Part shown: positions 28,190 to 38,498 of the stretch, piece by piece
Position numbering within the stretch: the stretch's first letter is position 1
How the letters are laid out: every line of letters starts with the position of its first letter
Assembly: GCA_001780725.1 (NCBI GenBank)
Contig: MFIM01000001.1
Location: forward strand, 83,642-147,641
Source of the DNA: Candidatus Giovannonibacteria bacterium RIFCSPLOWO2_02_FULL_45_28
Lineage (GTDB): Bacteria; Patescibacteriota; Minisyncoccia; UBA11713; 2-01-FULL-45-33
Length of the DNA: 64,000 nt
Reading direction: 5' to 3'
Notes under the pieces: generated by a model
Databases searched by the model: none
Seen by the model: only the letters and a program-made list of their open reading frames with translations
Told to the model about the DNA's origin: nothing
Position numbers and translations under genes: made by a program

Positions 28190-28663
28190 TTACCAAGCAA
28201 AGTGCGCAAAGGCTCTGTTGGCTTCGGCCATGCGATGAGTGTCCAGTTTTTTCTTAATTGCGGCGCCTTCGTTTTTTGTCGCGAGCAAAATCTCTTCAGC
28301 TAATTTTTTAGCCATTGGTTTGCCTTTTTTGGCGCGCGCTGCGCTGATAAGCCATCTGGCCGCCAACGAAAACCCGCGGTCTGGCTGAACCTCTCGTGGC
28401 ACCTGATAGGTTGCGCCGCCAATTCTCCTTGGGCGGATTTCCACGATTGGCGTAATATTTTTCATCGCTTGTTCCAAAACAGCTACAGGAGTTTCGTCTT
28501 TTTTCACCGCTTTTTTTATTTCCTCAAGCGCCCCCCACATAACCCTCTGCGCCGTAGATTTTTTTCCTGAAAACATTAAATGGTTGGTGAGTTTCGCAAC
28601 CAACCGCGAATCATAGAGTGGGTCCAACATTAAATCTCTGTTTTCTTTCTTTTTTCGCCTCAT
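28190..28663 (-). CDS. rpsG: 30S ribosomal protein S7
   Basis: [23 protein letters not shown]. Confidence 0.97.
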   Translation of the reverse strand: MRRKKKENRDLMLDPLYDSRLVAKLTNHLMFSGKKSTAQRVMWGALEEIKKAVKKDETPVAVLEQAMKNITPIVEIRPRRIGGATYQVPREVQPDRGFSLAARWLISAARAKKGKPMAKKLAEEILLATKNEGAAIKKKLDTHRMAEANRAFAHFAW

Positions 28664-29073
28664 TGTTTTGGCCGCTTAGTTCCGTATTTTGACCTTTGCT
28701 GTTTCCTTTTTTCAACTCCGGTTGCGTCCAAGACCCCGCGCACAATGTGATATTGCACCCCAGGCAGGTCTTTTACGCGGCCTCCGCGGATTACAACAAC
28801 AGAGTGCTCCTGCAAAGTATGCCCTTCGCCGCCGATATAAGCTGTGACCTCCATGCCGTTAGTAAGACGGACTCTCGCAACCTTTCGCAAAGCGGAATTA
28901 GGTTTTTTGGGGGTCATTGTTTTGACAGCTAGGCACACTCCGCGCTTAAAGGGCGACGGATAAAACCGCGGGCGGTTTTGGAGCGCATTAAAAGACTTGG
29001 CAAGCGCCACCGACTTCGCCTTATATTCCATCTTCTTTCTGCCCCTTTTTACAAGCTGATTAATAGTAGGCAT
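28660..29073 (-). CDS. rpsL: 30S ribosomal protein S12
   Basis: [26 protein letters not shown]. Confidence 0.98.
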   Translation of the reverse strand: MPTINQLVKRGRKKMEYKAKSVALAKSFNALQNRPRFYPSPFKRGVCLAVKTMTPKKPNSALRKVARVRLTNGMEVTAYIGGEGHTLQEHSVVVIRGGRVKDLPGVQYHIVRGVLDATGVEKRKQQRSKYGTKRPKQ

Positions 29074-29121
29074 ATATGTAAAAAAAGCTTATCACACAAA
29101 AAATAGAGCGTCAATGACGCT

Positions 29122-30087
29122 CTATGCTTTTTTCGTGCCTTTTGCGTATTCGGTTGATGAATACAACGAATCTTTTGTCCAAAGAGGCTGCCATCTTCCA
29201 TCAAACGTTCCGTAGATTTTATCCAAGCCGAAGACGGCAAACATGTTCTCGCAATAAGTGCAGGTGTAACTTGGCTCGTCCCGCCACCACGGGCTGCCAT
29301 CAGGCTTAAATCCAGCTTCATAAAAGTCAAGCATCGGCAGGTCGCTTGGCTTCCACCCAAGCTCAAAAACTTTTGCCAAACACCAAATTGGCGCGTGCCC
29401 GCAATCTCCCAAAGTCGCATCCGTGCGCGAAGGCATTCCAAGTCTTACACAAACCGATCCATCAAACGAACAGAGCCGCTCTTTGCCGAACTCCACGCAA
29501 AAATTCTTGTTCGTGCTTTCCGTGATTAAATTGCCAACTTTGTCATAAACAGAGCACACAAAGCGCATTTTTAGACATTTTGATTCTCCGGAAAATCCGG
29601 AAAATGCCAACTCCCATGCGTGCTGAAATTTCAAGTCTGTGAAAAGCGGGTTGGACATCAACAAATTTAAAACTCTGGACGCCAAAAGAACATGCCTGTT
29701 GGCGGTTTTATCAAAAGACAAAATGTAGTCCCGCCAATCTTTATTTTCAGACATTTCGCCGACTTCTCCATTAACGAAATCGTCATATGGGAAATCTGAT
29801 GGAAATTGATCTCGAGACAAATCAAAATTTTCCGGCAAATCGGAATTAAAAATAATTTCTTCATTCCAATAATGCGAGCGAGAGCCAAACTTATCCGCCC
29901 ATTCTTTAGGAAAAAGCGCTCTTTTAATCCAGCCGCCGTAAAAATCTTGGAAAATCGCTGCGATAACGGCACAGTGCCCAAAAAGCGGATTTTCCGGCGT
30001 CCACTTATCCGGAGCGTCTGAAGTTTCTTGAGAACAAGAGTTTTTTAAAAGATATTTTAACTCAACCAACGGAATTTTCTGTTTCAT
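29122..30087 (-). CDS. YunG-like domain fused to a zinc deaminase-like domain
   Basis: WTPENPLFGHCAV..SHYWN..FDLSRDQF, then CGHAP...YTCTYC. Confidence 0.5.
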   Translation of the reverse strand: MKQKIPLVELKYLLKNSCSQETSDAPDKWTPENPLFGHCAVIAAIFQDFYGGWIKRALFPKEWADKFGSRSHYWNEEIIFNSDLPENFDLSRDQFPSDFPYDDFVNGEVGEMSENKDWRDYILSFDKTANRHVLLASRVLNLLMSNPLFTDLKFQHAWELAFSGFSGESKCLKMRFVCSVYDKVGNLITESTNKNFCVEFGKERLCSFDGSVCVRLGMPSRTDATLGDCGHAPIWCLAKVFELGWKPSDLPMLDFYEAGFKPDGSPWWRDEPSYTCTYCENMFAVFGLDKIYGTFDGRWQPLWTKDSLYSSTEYAKGTKKA

Positions 30088-30151
30088 ACAAGCGCCCTTT
30101 CTTTTTCAAAACAAAAACCTGCTACAAATGTAGCAGGTTGAGTAAAAAAGG

Positions 30152-30841
30152 TCAAAACTTACAGCCGAGCGCTTGAGCCATTTTAGAAACCACGCCATCA
30201 TAGTACGAAGAGCCGCACCAATCTTTTATCTCCTTATCCCCGATCATTATTTCAAGCTCTTTTTTGCCACCGCTGCCAAGTCCTCCTAAAAAATCTTCGC
30301 CTTCCGTTTTCAGCGGTTTATTGAGCTGCAAAGCGATGTCAACAGCGTCTCCCAATAAACTCCTAATGGATAAACCGCCGGCCACAACCGAAATTTTCTC
30401 GCTTCTACTCCCATAAACAACATGATTTTCCGACGGAAACACCATACTGCCTTTGGCGCAATTAAAAATCATTTTTCCCTTGTTCAGAACTCCCAAATAC
30501 AAGCTGGTCTCAATCGCCACGTATCCGCGCCCCCCAAAACCGGTACAGCCACGCTGCAACTCGCGTCTAACAACCGCTAAAACAAATTCGCCAACGCTTC
30601 TTTGCGCGCGATTTTGCAAATCCCGATATACGCCCTCAAGCTTTTCGTTTAAAAAGCCGTATTTAGCGATTACAAAATCTTTGATTTCGTCTCCGGTTGT
30701 TTCTCCGTTTTTGATTCTGCTCTGAAGCTTAGCGAAATCCCGATTGGCTTGCTCTATAAGCTTCTCGGCGTCCTTTTTCAAACCCCCAACTTCCTCCAAC
30801 AATTTATTAATGTCTGTCAACTCTTTAGCCGCGCTGCCCAT
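30152..30841 (-). CDS. Hypothetical protein with N-terminal coiled coil
   Basis: GGAGG before MGSAAKE; terminator-like hairpin at 30116-30139. Confidence 0.55.
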   Translation of the reverse strand: MGSAAKELTDINKLLEEVGGLKKDAEKLIEQANRDFAKLQSRIKNGETTGDEIKDFVIAKYGFLNEKLEGVYRDLQNRAQRSVGEFVLAVVRRELQRGCTGFGGRGYVAIETSLYLGVLNKGKMIFNCAKGSMVFPSENHVVYGSRSEKISVVAGGLSIRSLLGDAVDIALQLNKPLKTEGEDFLGGLGSGGKKELEIMIGDKEIKDWCGSSYYDGVVSKMAQALGCKF

Positions 30842-30916
30842 AAACTTCCTCCATGTTTTTGATATCAAACAAACCTGCCACCAATGTAGCAAGCGCGAGA
30901 CAAGAAAGCAAGCGTA

Positions 30917-31537
30917 CTAAAAACTCAATCCGGTTATCAGCCGGAAAAGAAATGCGGCTATTGGAAGAATGGCGCCAGCGAAAAAGAATATAAAAAGCAA
31001 AAGGAGAATGAGGCCGTATTTTTCAAAAAATATTTCAAGGTCTCTGGCGCGATCCGGCAAAAACGCAAAAAGCACTTTAGAGCCGTCCAACGGGGGGATC
31101 GGCACTAAATTAAAAATCGCAAGAATCAAATTGAGAAAAACGATAAACATCGCGATCTGCAAAAATTGCGCTGGCAGAGCAAATGCGTCCGCGAATCTTA
31201 TTAAAACCCCAAAAAATAGCGCCATCAAAATGTTGGAAAGCGGCCCTGCCGCTCCAACCATAGCCGGTCCGTACTTTTGATTTTTCAAATAATACGGATT
31301 ATACGGCACGGGCCGCGCCCAACCGAAAATAAACCCGCCCGCCCAATATGTCAAAATGGGCAGCAAAACGGATCCGAAAGGATCAAGATGTTTTAGGGGA
31401 TTTAATGTCAGCCGCCCCTCGTCTTTTGCCGTGTTATCGCCCATCGCATAAGCCACCGCGCCGTGGGAAACCTCGTGAATCACCACGGAAAAAATTAAAA
31501 TCGCGATTTGAAAAATAAATTCAAGGGCTTGATTCAT
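30917..31537 (-). CDS. Site-2 protease (peptidase M50)
   Basis: HEVSH and [10 protein letters not shown] motifs. Confidence 0.93.
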   Translation of the reverse strand: MNQALEFIFQIAILIFSVVIHEVSHGAVAYAMGDNTAKDEGRLTLNPLKHLDPFGSVLLPILTYWAGGFIFGWARPVPYNPYYLKNQKYGPAMVGAAGPLSNILMALFFGVLIRFADAFALPAQFLQIAMFIVFLNLILAIFNLVPIPPLDGSKVLFAFLPDRARDLEIFFEKYGLILLLLFIFFFAGAILPIAAFLFRLITGLSF

Positions 31538-31565
31538 TATGTTTTTATGATAACATATTAAGACT

Positions 31566-31781
31566 ATGGCGAAAATTTGCGCAATTTGTAAAAAGGGTTC
31601 AGTGATAATGGGAACACGGCGGCTTCTCCGCGGCCACTATAACCCCACCAAAAGATCCCGAAAATATCCCAATCTCCAATGGGCCCGTTTGCCTGCCTCG
31701 CGACAAGGCGGGCCGTCTGGTGGAAGAGTAAAAATCTGCACAAGGTGCCTCAAAGCCGGGAAACACTTGAAGATGAAATAA
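31566..31781 (+). CDS. rpmB: 50S ribosomal protein L28
   Basis: MAKICAICKK...PNLQ...ICTRCLK. Confidence 0.88.
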   Translation: MAKICAICKKGSVIMGTRRLLRGHYNPTKRSRKYPNLQWARLPASRQGGPSGGRVKICTRCLKAGKHLKMK

Positions 31782-31843
31782 TCGGTTGACTATAAATATT
31801 ATAGTGATAACATATCCACAGAAGTAAAAAATGGGGAATTAGT

Positions 31844-32215
31844 ATGTCGCTGACACGAAGTCAAAAAGCTAAGCTGACAGTTAAAATTAAAAATTTAACC
31901 AAAAAAGCCGACGAGCTCGAAAGAAAAGCAAAAACCGAGGATGATAATTTTTATGCCTCTGCTATAACATGCGGCGGTGAGCTGGCTGGCTCATACGGCA
32001 CAGAATACATGCATGAGGAAGTCAAATTGTTGCGCGGAAGAGTAAAATTGCTTGAAGAAGTTAGAGATGGAGTTGTTGTTTTGAATGATCGCAAACACAC
32101 AAAAACTCGACTTGCGGTGATTCAACAAGAAATGAGTTTGCTTACTAAAGAAAAATTAAATTTAGAAGCCCGCCTCAAAGATTTCGGGGAGGTAAAAAAA
32201 CTACTTTCTTCATGA
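31844..32215 (+). CDS. Hypothetical coiled-coil protein
   Basis: 123-aa ORF followed by a hairpin and T-run. Confidence 0.55.
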   Translation: MSLTRSQKAKLTVKIKNLTKKADELERKAKTEDDNFYASAITCGGELAGSYGTEYMHEEVKLLRGRVKLLEEVRDGVVVLNDRKHTKTRLAVIQQEMSLLTKEKLNLEARLKDFGEVKKLLSS

Positions 32216-32236
32216 GCCTAAAAAGGCTCTTTTTTT

Positions 32237-32307
32237 TCGGGCCAGGCGGAATTGAACCGCCGCCACACCCACCCCAAGGGTGCGTACTGCCGTTATACTA
32301 TGGCCCG
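32237..32307 (-). tRNA. tRNA-Pro(GGG)
   Basis: Acceptor CGGGCCA/TGGCCCG, anticodon arm CACCC-TTGGGGT-GGGTG, GGTTCAATTCC T-arm; CCA not encoded. Confidence 0.9.
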
Positions 32308-32400
32308 GAACGTTTGACGTTCCTGTACTTGCACATTTTATATGAATTTGTTAATTTAGAAAATAGATAAAAACAGAACAAAAAAGAAAGGAGGTGACGA

Positions 32401-32769
32401 ATGGGCGATCAAGAATGGAAAATTTGGTGTTTTTTTAGAGTTTTTTGGCTTGCTGTAGCTATCGCGGCTATCGTCGCTGGCTGCGCCGCCGGGTCGCTGA
32501 CTACTCGCGAAAAGGGCGGAATTTTCGGCGGACTTTTAGGAGCGGGCGCCGGCGCAATCGTTGGCAACCAAATCGGTACAGGACACCCCGGAGCCGGAGC
32601 GCTAATCGGCGGCGCGCTTGGCTTGGGAGCCGGAGCGCTAATCGGAGACCAACTTCAAGGGCGGGATTCGGAAAATCAAAAACAGCAGGAAGAAATTGAT
32701 CGGCTGCAAAGAGAAATTGAGCGCCAACAAAGAGAGCTGGAAAGGCTCAAAAGACAACAAAACCGCTAG
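32401..32769 (+). CDS. Glycine-zipper lipoprotein with coiled-coil tail
   Basis: Lipobox VAGC, GxxxG repeats, GGAGGTG ribosome-binding site. Confidence 0.75.
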   Translation: MGDQEWKIWCFFRVFWLAVAIAAIVAGCAAGSLTTREKGGIFGGLLGAGAGAIVGNQIGTGHPGAGALIGGALGLGAGALIGDQLQGRDSENQKQQEEIDRLQREIERQQRELERLKRQQNR

Positions 32770-32811
32770 ATCGAGGCATTGCCTCGGTCTTTTTCATAGA
32801 GCGAAAAAAAA

Positions 32812-33111
32812 TCAGCGTTTTTGCGCCATATCTTTGGCGGCAAAAACGAAGAAAATCATCCCCACCGTCATTAAAATATGGTGAATGTCTAACGGCGGCT
32901 TAGAAAAAATGGTCAGCAAAGAAAGGCGCAAAAAAACGATGCTGTCTAAAAAAGCAAAAACCATAAAAACAACGCCCCAAATAAACAAATTAAGCCCGCG
33001 AGCGGATTCTTCTCCGGTTTGCGCTTTAGTCTGCACAATAAACCAAATTGAAAACAGCCCAATTATCGCGCCGATTATATCAATCCATAGCGTAATTAAT
33101 GAAAGCGGCAT
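32812..33111 (-). CDS. 3-TM membrane protein
   Basis: Hydrophobic 99-aa ORF. Confidence 0.55.
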   Translation of the reverse strand: MPLSLITLWIDIIGAIIGLFSIWFIVQTKAQTGEESARGLNLFIWGVVFMVFAFLDSIVFLRLSLLTIFSKPPLDIHHILMTVGMIFFVFAAKDMAQKR

Positions 33112-33160
33112 ATTAAGTATTATCAGTTTACCATCAAATTAAATAATTGCGAAAAGAAAC

Positions 33161-33169
33161 TTATCCACA
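33161..33169 (+). promoter_or_regulatory. DnaA box TTATCCACA
   Basis: Perfect consensus, intergenic. Confidence 0.45.
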
Positions 33170-33363
33170 TCTCATTTTATTTTCTTTAACTTTCTTGAAC
33201 CAACTTGTCTTATAAAAAGATGTTCTGCTTTAAAAAATTTTAGAGCTGTTTGAATCTGCTTATTGCAGCTTTTCGACCTGATCTCATATTGCTCCATCGC
33301 ACCCATGATATCTATTGATATACTAAAGCAAATTTGCTAGCCTTTCAATTGGGAGGAAAATGT

Positions 33364-33651
33364 ATGCTCATGGAAATTGAATTTGACCATGACAAAATGC
33401 AGGAATTCGGCGATTTAATCGGCGCACATGTTGTGCCAAAAATAACACCAAAGCGCAGGTTAGCCGCTTGGTTGAAAGGAGAAAGGCTAGTTGATTATAA
33501 AAGAATAATCAATGCGGCGTTCACATTCTACAAATGGCGCCAAAAAGAAATGAAAACTGGCCGAAAAGTGGTTTCCGCAGTAGAAACAACAACAAGTGAT
33601 TTAATCGAAGTTAAAACGCCCGAGATATTGTTTCCAACACAAGTAAAATGA
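33364..33651 (+). CDS. Hypothetical protein
   Basis: GGGAGG before the ATG; hairpin downstream. Confidence 0.5.
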   Translation: MLMEIEFDHDKMQEFGDLIGAHVVPKITPKRRLAAWLKGERLVDYKRIINAAFTFYKWRQKEMKTGRKVVSAVETTTSDLIEVKTPEILFPTQVK

Positions 33652-33685
33652 CAAAAAAGACAGCCTCACGCTGTCGTTTTTTTTG

Positions 33686-33759
33686 TGCCCTCGGCGCGAT
33701 TTGAACGCGCAACCTTCGGCTTCGGAGGCCGACGCTCTATCCAGTTGAGCTACGAGGAC
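33686..33759 (-). tRNA. tRNA-Arg(CCG)
   Basis: Acceptor GTCCTCG/CGAGGGC, TAGCTCAACTGGATAGAGC D-arm, anticodon arm TCGGC-CTCCGAA-GCCGA, GTTCAAATC. Confidence 0.93.
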
Positions 33760-33762
33760 AAA

Positions 33763-33795
33763 AAACCACTTGGGTGTCCGACACCCAAGTGGTTT
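33763..33795. repeat. Palindrome with GTC-C-GAC core
   Basis: aaaccacttgggtgtc-c-gacacccaagtggttt, 16-bp arms. Confidence 0.85.
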
Positions 33796-34276
33796 ACGTG
33801 TGGCGGTCGGCCACAATTGATGCTCCGAAAGAATAGGGCTTAATTACAGCGTCAAAACCGTAGCCTTTGACCATGCCGACGACCGTTTCTATAAAATCTT
33901 TTGTCGGGCCGTTCTCGCCAACATCAATATGAATCTGATCGTTCCAGAAAAACTCGTCTCCCAGTTTTTCTTTAAGGCGTCCGCGCAGTTCCTGCGCCAA
34001 AGTTATTGAGTGAATCGTTTCTTTATAAATCCTTTCGCGCATGTCATGGCAATGCGTTTTTTCCGAGCGCGTCCAAAAGTGTATTCCTCCGTTTCCAATC
34101 CGCCACACAGTTATAGCCGTTACAAAACTGACATCCGATCTCGCCGCCGAATCGGTCCCAACGATTATTTTGTATTTTCTTTGCGGTTTTAAATTAACAA
34201 AATCATAAATTGCCCGGACAACACACTCCAAATCCAGCTCATTTCCGATTATATTAAAAAATTTTGAGTTGGGCAT
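33794..34276 (-). CDS. RNase H-like YkuK-family protein
   Basis: IIVGTDS, RIYKET, IHIDVG, IKPYSFGAS.VADRH. Confidence 0.82.
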   Translation of the reverse strand: MPNSKFFNIIGNELDLECVVRAIYDFVNLKPQRKYKIIVGTDSAARSDVSFVTAITVWRIGNGGIHFWTRSEKTHCHDMRERIYKETIHSITLAQELRGRLKEKLGDEFFWNDQIHIDVGENGPTKDFIETVVGMVKGYGFDAVIKPYSFGASIVADRHT

Positions 34277-34844
34277 TGTCTAAATTCTTACTTCTGACTT
34301 CTAAATTCCAATTAACGGGCACTGCCACTTTTCCGCCGGCGTCTCTTGAATAAAAAAGCACGTGGCCGTTTTTTCTGCCGAAGTCGTAAAGATTCTTGGT
34401 GATCTCAACATCTTTCAGGCAATATTTTTTAATCTCGTCAATTTTGCCCTCCTTATACCACCTCAAGGCCTGCATTCCGTCTCCGCTTTTTCTAACGCCC
34501 AGAGTCGCATCGGCCAAGCTGTCTAAATAAAGCCGATGGCCGAGCGATTTTTTCACATCATCCATCAAATCAAGCGTGGAAAGTTTCTTTAAATCCCACG
34601 AAATGTATGGGCGCAAAACCTCAAGGTCAAAATGGTGAATATTAAAACCGACAACGCGGACGGCTTTTTGGAGCAACTTTTCAAATTCGGGAATTTCGTG
34701 TTCTTCAAAAGTTAAATATTGGTCGGGCCCATAAACGTAAGTTCCCACAACGGAAATGCCAAGTTTATCAAAAAAAGTCCTTCCGCCAACTTCGTCAAAC
34801 GATTTCTGTGTCTCGATATCAAAAACAATATCTCCGATGTCCAT
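34254..34844 (-). CDS. RNase H-like DEDD exonuclease (YprB-type)
   Basis: VFDIET, GFNIHHFD, YCLKDV. Confidence 0.82.
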   Translation of the reverse strand: MDIGDIVFDIETQKSFDEVGGRTFFDKLGISVVGTYVYGPDQYLTFEEHEIPEFEKLLQKAVRVVGFNIHHFDLEVLRPYISWDLKKLSTLDLMDDVKKSLGHRLYLDSLADATLGVRKSGDGMQALRWYKEGKIDEIKKYCLKDVEITKNLYDFGRKNGHVLFYSRDAGGKVAVPVNWNLEVRSKNLDNAQLKIF

Positions 34845-34886
34845 AGGATAATATGTACCACAAAGACGATTTTTTACCAAATGCGC

Positions 34887-35891
34887 TTAAAGTCCGAGCT
34901 CGGAGGGCTTCACAACGTAATCTTCAATTGGAAAATTTGACGGAATAAAACCCAACTCTTTGGCTTGCGCGAAATATCTTTCAAACGCCCTCATTTCTTT
35001 CTCGCCGTAATTATTAGGAAGCTGTTTTGGGCTATTTGCTTCAAGCAACGCTATAATTGGCGGTGTATTAAGGTTATATTTATTAAGATAATCAGCAAGT
35101 TCGGAAATAACGCTTGGCCGCTCCTGGATAAAACGCCCCGCGTCCAAAATGGTCTCCACCACCTTTTTTGCGGTGTCTTTATTGCGCTCATACCAGTCTC
35201 TATTGGCCGCGATCACAACAAAAGGCAAAACAAGCCCGCCTTCTTTTTCGCTCCAAATATCTCCTAATGCCGCCGCGCTCTTGAATTTTCCGCTTGCGAT
35301 AAGCGAGGCCGCAACTGGATATGCCGCCATAGCCGCGTCGGCTTCTCCTTTTTCTACCGCAGCTATAGTTTGGGGAATATTTCCAAAAGAAACGCTGACA
35401 TCTTTTTCAACATCAATCCCCCCCGCCTTGAGCGCTATAGCAGTAGCGATATAAGCCGCAGTGACTTTCGGCTGTGTTCCGATTTTCTTCCCTTTTAAGC
35501 CTTGAATTGAAGTTATGCCGGAATTGGCGGAAACGAGCGCGTGATAGCGATAAAGCACTGCCGGACCAATGATCAACAAATTTATATTCTTCTGCTTCGC
35601 CGCCAAAATAGTGAATGGCGAGATTTCAGCCAAATAAGACTCGCCGTTAGCTATTCTTCTTTCCAATTCGCCAGGATCGGTGGTGACGACCTCAAAATCA
35701 ATGCCGTGCTTTTTGTCAATACCGTATTTTTTAATCACCTGCGCCCGCAGTTCGTTAGCCCCGCCAACCGCAACCTGATACTGGACCTTAACCGGCTCTT
35801 TCTTCCACAAATTAGGCGGAATCAACCAAAAAATCGCCGCCAATAACACGACCGCACCAGCGATTAAAAGGCTTGTTTTGAGATTAATCAT
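34887..35891 (-). CDS. NMT1/SsuA-like substrate-binding protein, no adjacent transporter
   Basis: N-terminal TM, LKGKKIG, GEADAA; paralog of 47629 and 48628 ORFs. Confidence 0.78.
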   Translation of the reverse strand: MINLKTSLLIAGAVVLLAAIFWLIPPNLWKKEPVKVQYQVAVGGANELRAQVIKKYGIDKKHGIDFEVVTTDPGELERRIANGESYLAEISPFTILAAKQKNINLLIIGPAVLYRYHALVSANSGITSIQGLKGKKIGTQPKVTAAYIATAIALKAGGIDVEKDVSVSFGNIPQTIAAVEKGEADAAMAAYPVAASLIASGKFKSAAALGDIWSEKEGGLVLPFVVIAANRDWYERNKDTAKKVVETILDAGRFIQERPSVISELADYLNKYNLNTPPIIALLEANSPKQLPNNYGEKEMRAFERYFAQAKELGFIPSNFPIEDYVVKPSELGL

Positions 35892-35934
35892 GATTAAATT
35901 GTAACATTTACCCTAAAAACAGGGCGGGTGTCGC

Positions 35935-35943
35935 TGTGGATAA
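35935..35943 (-). promoter_or_regulatory. DnaA box TTATCCACA
   Basis: TGTGGATAA on the plus strand, intergenic. Confidence 0.45.
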
Positions 35944-35946
35944 ACT

Positions 35947-36348
35947 TTAAAGCGGCAAGTCAAACGCCCATGCACCCGGACCGAGGATGAGAAGCGCGAG
36001 AAGCGCCATAAAAATCAGGAAATCAAGTTCCCATCCGCCAATAAATTTTTGGCCGCGCTTGAACCAAAAAAGTATCACCAAAAATTGAATAGCCAAAATT
36101 AGGGCCACCAGCTGTGTCCAAAACCCGACGATTAGCGCGATACCGCCCAAAAATTCCACCAGCGTCACCAGCCACGCCCAAAACTTGCCGGGCTTGAATT
36201 TCATTGACTCAAGCCAGCCCGCGAATTGCGCCTTGTCTTGGGATAATTTTTGATATCCGTGCGCCAAAAAAATGGCCCCGAGCGCCAAACGAAGCGCGAG
36301 TGGCCCGTAAAACTGGTAGTCTAAAAGCTGTGGAAAAAGGCTTAGCAT
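35947..36348 (-). CDS. DoxX-family membrane protein
   Basis: LRLALGAIFLAHGYQKL, EFLGG, GPGAWAFD. Confidence 0.88.
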   Translation of the reverse strand: MLSLFPQLLDYQFYGPLALRLALGAIFLAHGYQKLSQDKAQFAGWLESMKFKPGKFWAWLVTLVEFLGGIALIVGFWTQLVALILAIQFLVILFWFKRGQKFIGGWELDFLIFMALLALLILGPGAWAFDLPL

Positions 36349-36366
36349 ACTGATAGTATAGCAAGG

Positions 36367-37188
36367 ATGAACAAAGATATCATGTGGCTAGTTTTTGTGC
36401 TTATACTGGTGGGTATCGTCTTTAATTTCCAAAGAAAAAATGGCAGGCTTTTTAAGCAGCCGCCAGTATCTGAATCACCGCTGGCCACGACAACGCCGCC
36501 GCTGGGTCCGCCCGCAACGCCTCCCGGACAAAGTGGTCCGGTCCCTACTCCGCCCCAAAAATCATCTGGCCCGACTTTGAGATTGGCGGCCGCCAACGCG
36601 TATGCAGCAAATCCGTCCGCGGAATATATTTTGCTGGAAAATATAGATTATGAAAATAAGCAAAAGATAACCATCTCCGGATTCAAACTGCAAAATAGAG
36701 ACAAACTGACGGCAACTATCGGGCAAGACGAAAACGGCGCTTCAATAACATTAGATTACGGCGAGCGCACCATTATCATTACCGGAGAAAGCCCGTTGGG
36801 ATACAATTTTAAAATAAACAAATGCTCCGGTTATTTTAACCAGAGAGCGGCAATTTCTCCACAAATCTACGCGATATGTCCATCTGTATCAAGTTTATCT
36901 TTGCCGAGAAATTTAAATAACGCATGCATAAATTACATAGAAAGCCTGCCCGTGTGCACAATGCCGACAATCAACGCTGATACGGGAATCAACAATGACT
37001 GTGCGGAGTTCGTACAAGCGCATGCAAGCTACGCAGCATGCGTCGCCGATTACAAAAACGACAAAGATTTTGACAAAAAAGAGTGGCGGGTTTATCTGGG
37101 CAAAAACTTTGATTTTTGGAACAACCGCCACGACCTCATCCAGCTTTTTGATCCCGCCGGAAAATTAGTTACGGAGATTTCTTACTAA
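36367..37188 (+). CDS. Membrane-anchored protein with Pro-rich linker and lamin-tail-like domain
   Basis: TM, AEYILLEN, WNNRHDLIQLFD..GKLV; several cysteines. Confidence 0.6.
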   Translation: MNKDIMWLVFVLILVGIVFNFQRKNGRLFKQPPVSESPLATTTPPLGPPATPPGQSGPVPTPPQKSSGPTLRLAAANAYAANPSAEYILLENIDYENKQKITISGFKLQNRDKLTATIGQDENGASITLDYGERTIIITGESPLGYNFKINKCSGYFNQRAAISPQIYAICPSVSSLSLPRNLNNACINYIESLPVCTMPTINADTGINNDCAEFVQAHASYAACVADYKNDKDFDKKEWRVYLGKNFDFWNNRHDLIQLFDPAGKLVTEISY

Positions 37189-37641
37189 TTCATAGACCGC
37201 TATTCCGGCGGCGACGGAGACGTTGAGGGATTCCTTTTTGCCGCGCATCGGTATTTCAACTATTTTGTCGCATTTTTTAAGAATTGACTTTGGGATGCCA
37301 CGCACTTCATTGCCTAAAATCAGAGCAAAAGATTTTTTCGGCTTAAGCTTTTTTAAATCTATTGATTTTTTTGACTGCTCCAGCGCAATGATTTGAATTT
37401 TTTCTTCTTTAAGGCGTTTAATCAGCGTGTGAATATTTTTAATCTGCGCCCAATCGGCGTATTTCTCCGCGCCCAGCGCGGTTTTTTGAAAATCCTTCCG
37501 CAGTTTGCCGAAAATATCGTACGGTTCCGGCGTATAGCCTGTCAAATAAATTTTCTTCACCCCCAGCCCCTCCGCCGTGCGAAAAATCGCCCCGACATTA
37601 TGAAGGCTTCGGATGTTGTGCAAAATAAGAAAAATGTTCAT
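37165..37641 (-). CDS. SpoU/TrmH-family RNA methyltransferase
   Basis: NVGAIFRTA, LGNEVRG, SLNVSVAAGI. Confidence 0.9.
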   Translation of the reverse strand: MNIFLILHNIRSLHNVGAIFRTAEGLGVKKIYLTGYTPEPYDIFGKLRKDFQKTALGAEKYADWAQIKNIHTLIKRLKEEKIQIIALEQSKKSIDLKKLKPKKSFALILGNEVRGIPKSILKKCDKIVEIPMRGKKESLNVSVAAGIAVYELVRNLRN

Positions 37642-37644
37642 CGC

Positions 37645-38409
37645 CTACCTAATCTCGTACGTCAAATTCACGTTCACATGGATTTCGTTTTCGCCTTCCG
37701 GAGTTGGCGGGATGCCGGGGCCGCCCATTCCGAAACTCTCGGCTTTGGCGAAAATCGGCATCGGTATGCCGCCTTCGGATTCGCTGTATCCCAAAATTTT
37801 TCCCAAACCAACATTCAAATTTTTTGAGAGAGTTGCCGCTTTTGTTTTTGCGTCAGTAATTGCAAGAGCGCGCGCTTCTTCTTTTGCTTTTTTAGGGTCG
37901 TCAACGCTGAAAGAAAGCGAGCCGATTTGATTCGCTCCGGCTTGCGCCGCACCGGAAAGAATTTCGCCGACCTTGCTCAATTCCCTAATTTTCACCTCCA
38001 AGTTTTGGAAAATTTCGTAGCCACGGAATTTTTGCTCGCCGTCTTTATAGTCATACCGCGGACTAATGCTGTAAGAAGTGGTTTTTGTGTCTTTATCTAA
38101 AACGCCCTTTTTCTTCAGCGTGTCCGAAAGCCGATTCATAACTTCGGCCGCTGATCGCTGCACGGCCAGAAGATCGGTCCCCTCTTTCAAAACGCCCACA
38201 TTAACTATCGCAATGTCCGGTTTTATCAAAATTTTTCCCTCGCCCGAAACGCTTATAGACGGCGGCTGCATAGCACGATTATAACCGCTAAATTCGCTCC
38301 GTATCTTCACCAAAAAAAATACGCTGAGCACGGCCAAAAACGCTATCATCGCCCAAAGCGCCTCTTTGGGCGGCCGAATATGCAAATATTTAGACTCGTT
38401 TATTTCCAT
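37645..38409 (-). CDS. SIMPL (DUF541) domain protein
   Basis: ISVSGEG..PDIA, GANQIG, AITDAKTKA. Confidence 0.88.
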   Translation of the reverse strand: MEINESKYLHIRPPKEALWAMIAFLAVLSVFFLVKIRSEFSGYNRAMQPPSISVSGEGKILIKPDIAIVNVGVLKEGTDLLAVQRSAAEVMNRLSDTLKKKGVLDKDTKTTSYSISPRYDYKDGEQKFRGYEIFQNLEVKIRELSKVGEILSGAAQAGANQIGSLSFSVDDPKKAKEEARALAITDAKTKAATLSKNLNVGLGKILGYSESEGGIPMPIFAKAESFGMGGPGIPPTPEGENEIHVNVNLTYEIR

Positions 38410-38498
38410 ATTTTAATTTTAGCATATCTGTTGCGTAGAAAACATTGACAGCCAGTTAAAAACATTGTAGCTTGTAAAAAGACTGAAGGGGGCAACCG

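Noticed and set aside
33161-33169. oriC at the DnaA boxes
   Set aside because: Boxes are single and kilobases apart, with no cluster and no dnaA or dnaN in the window.
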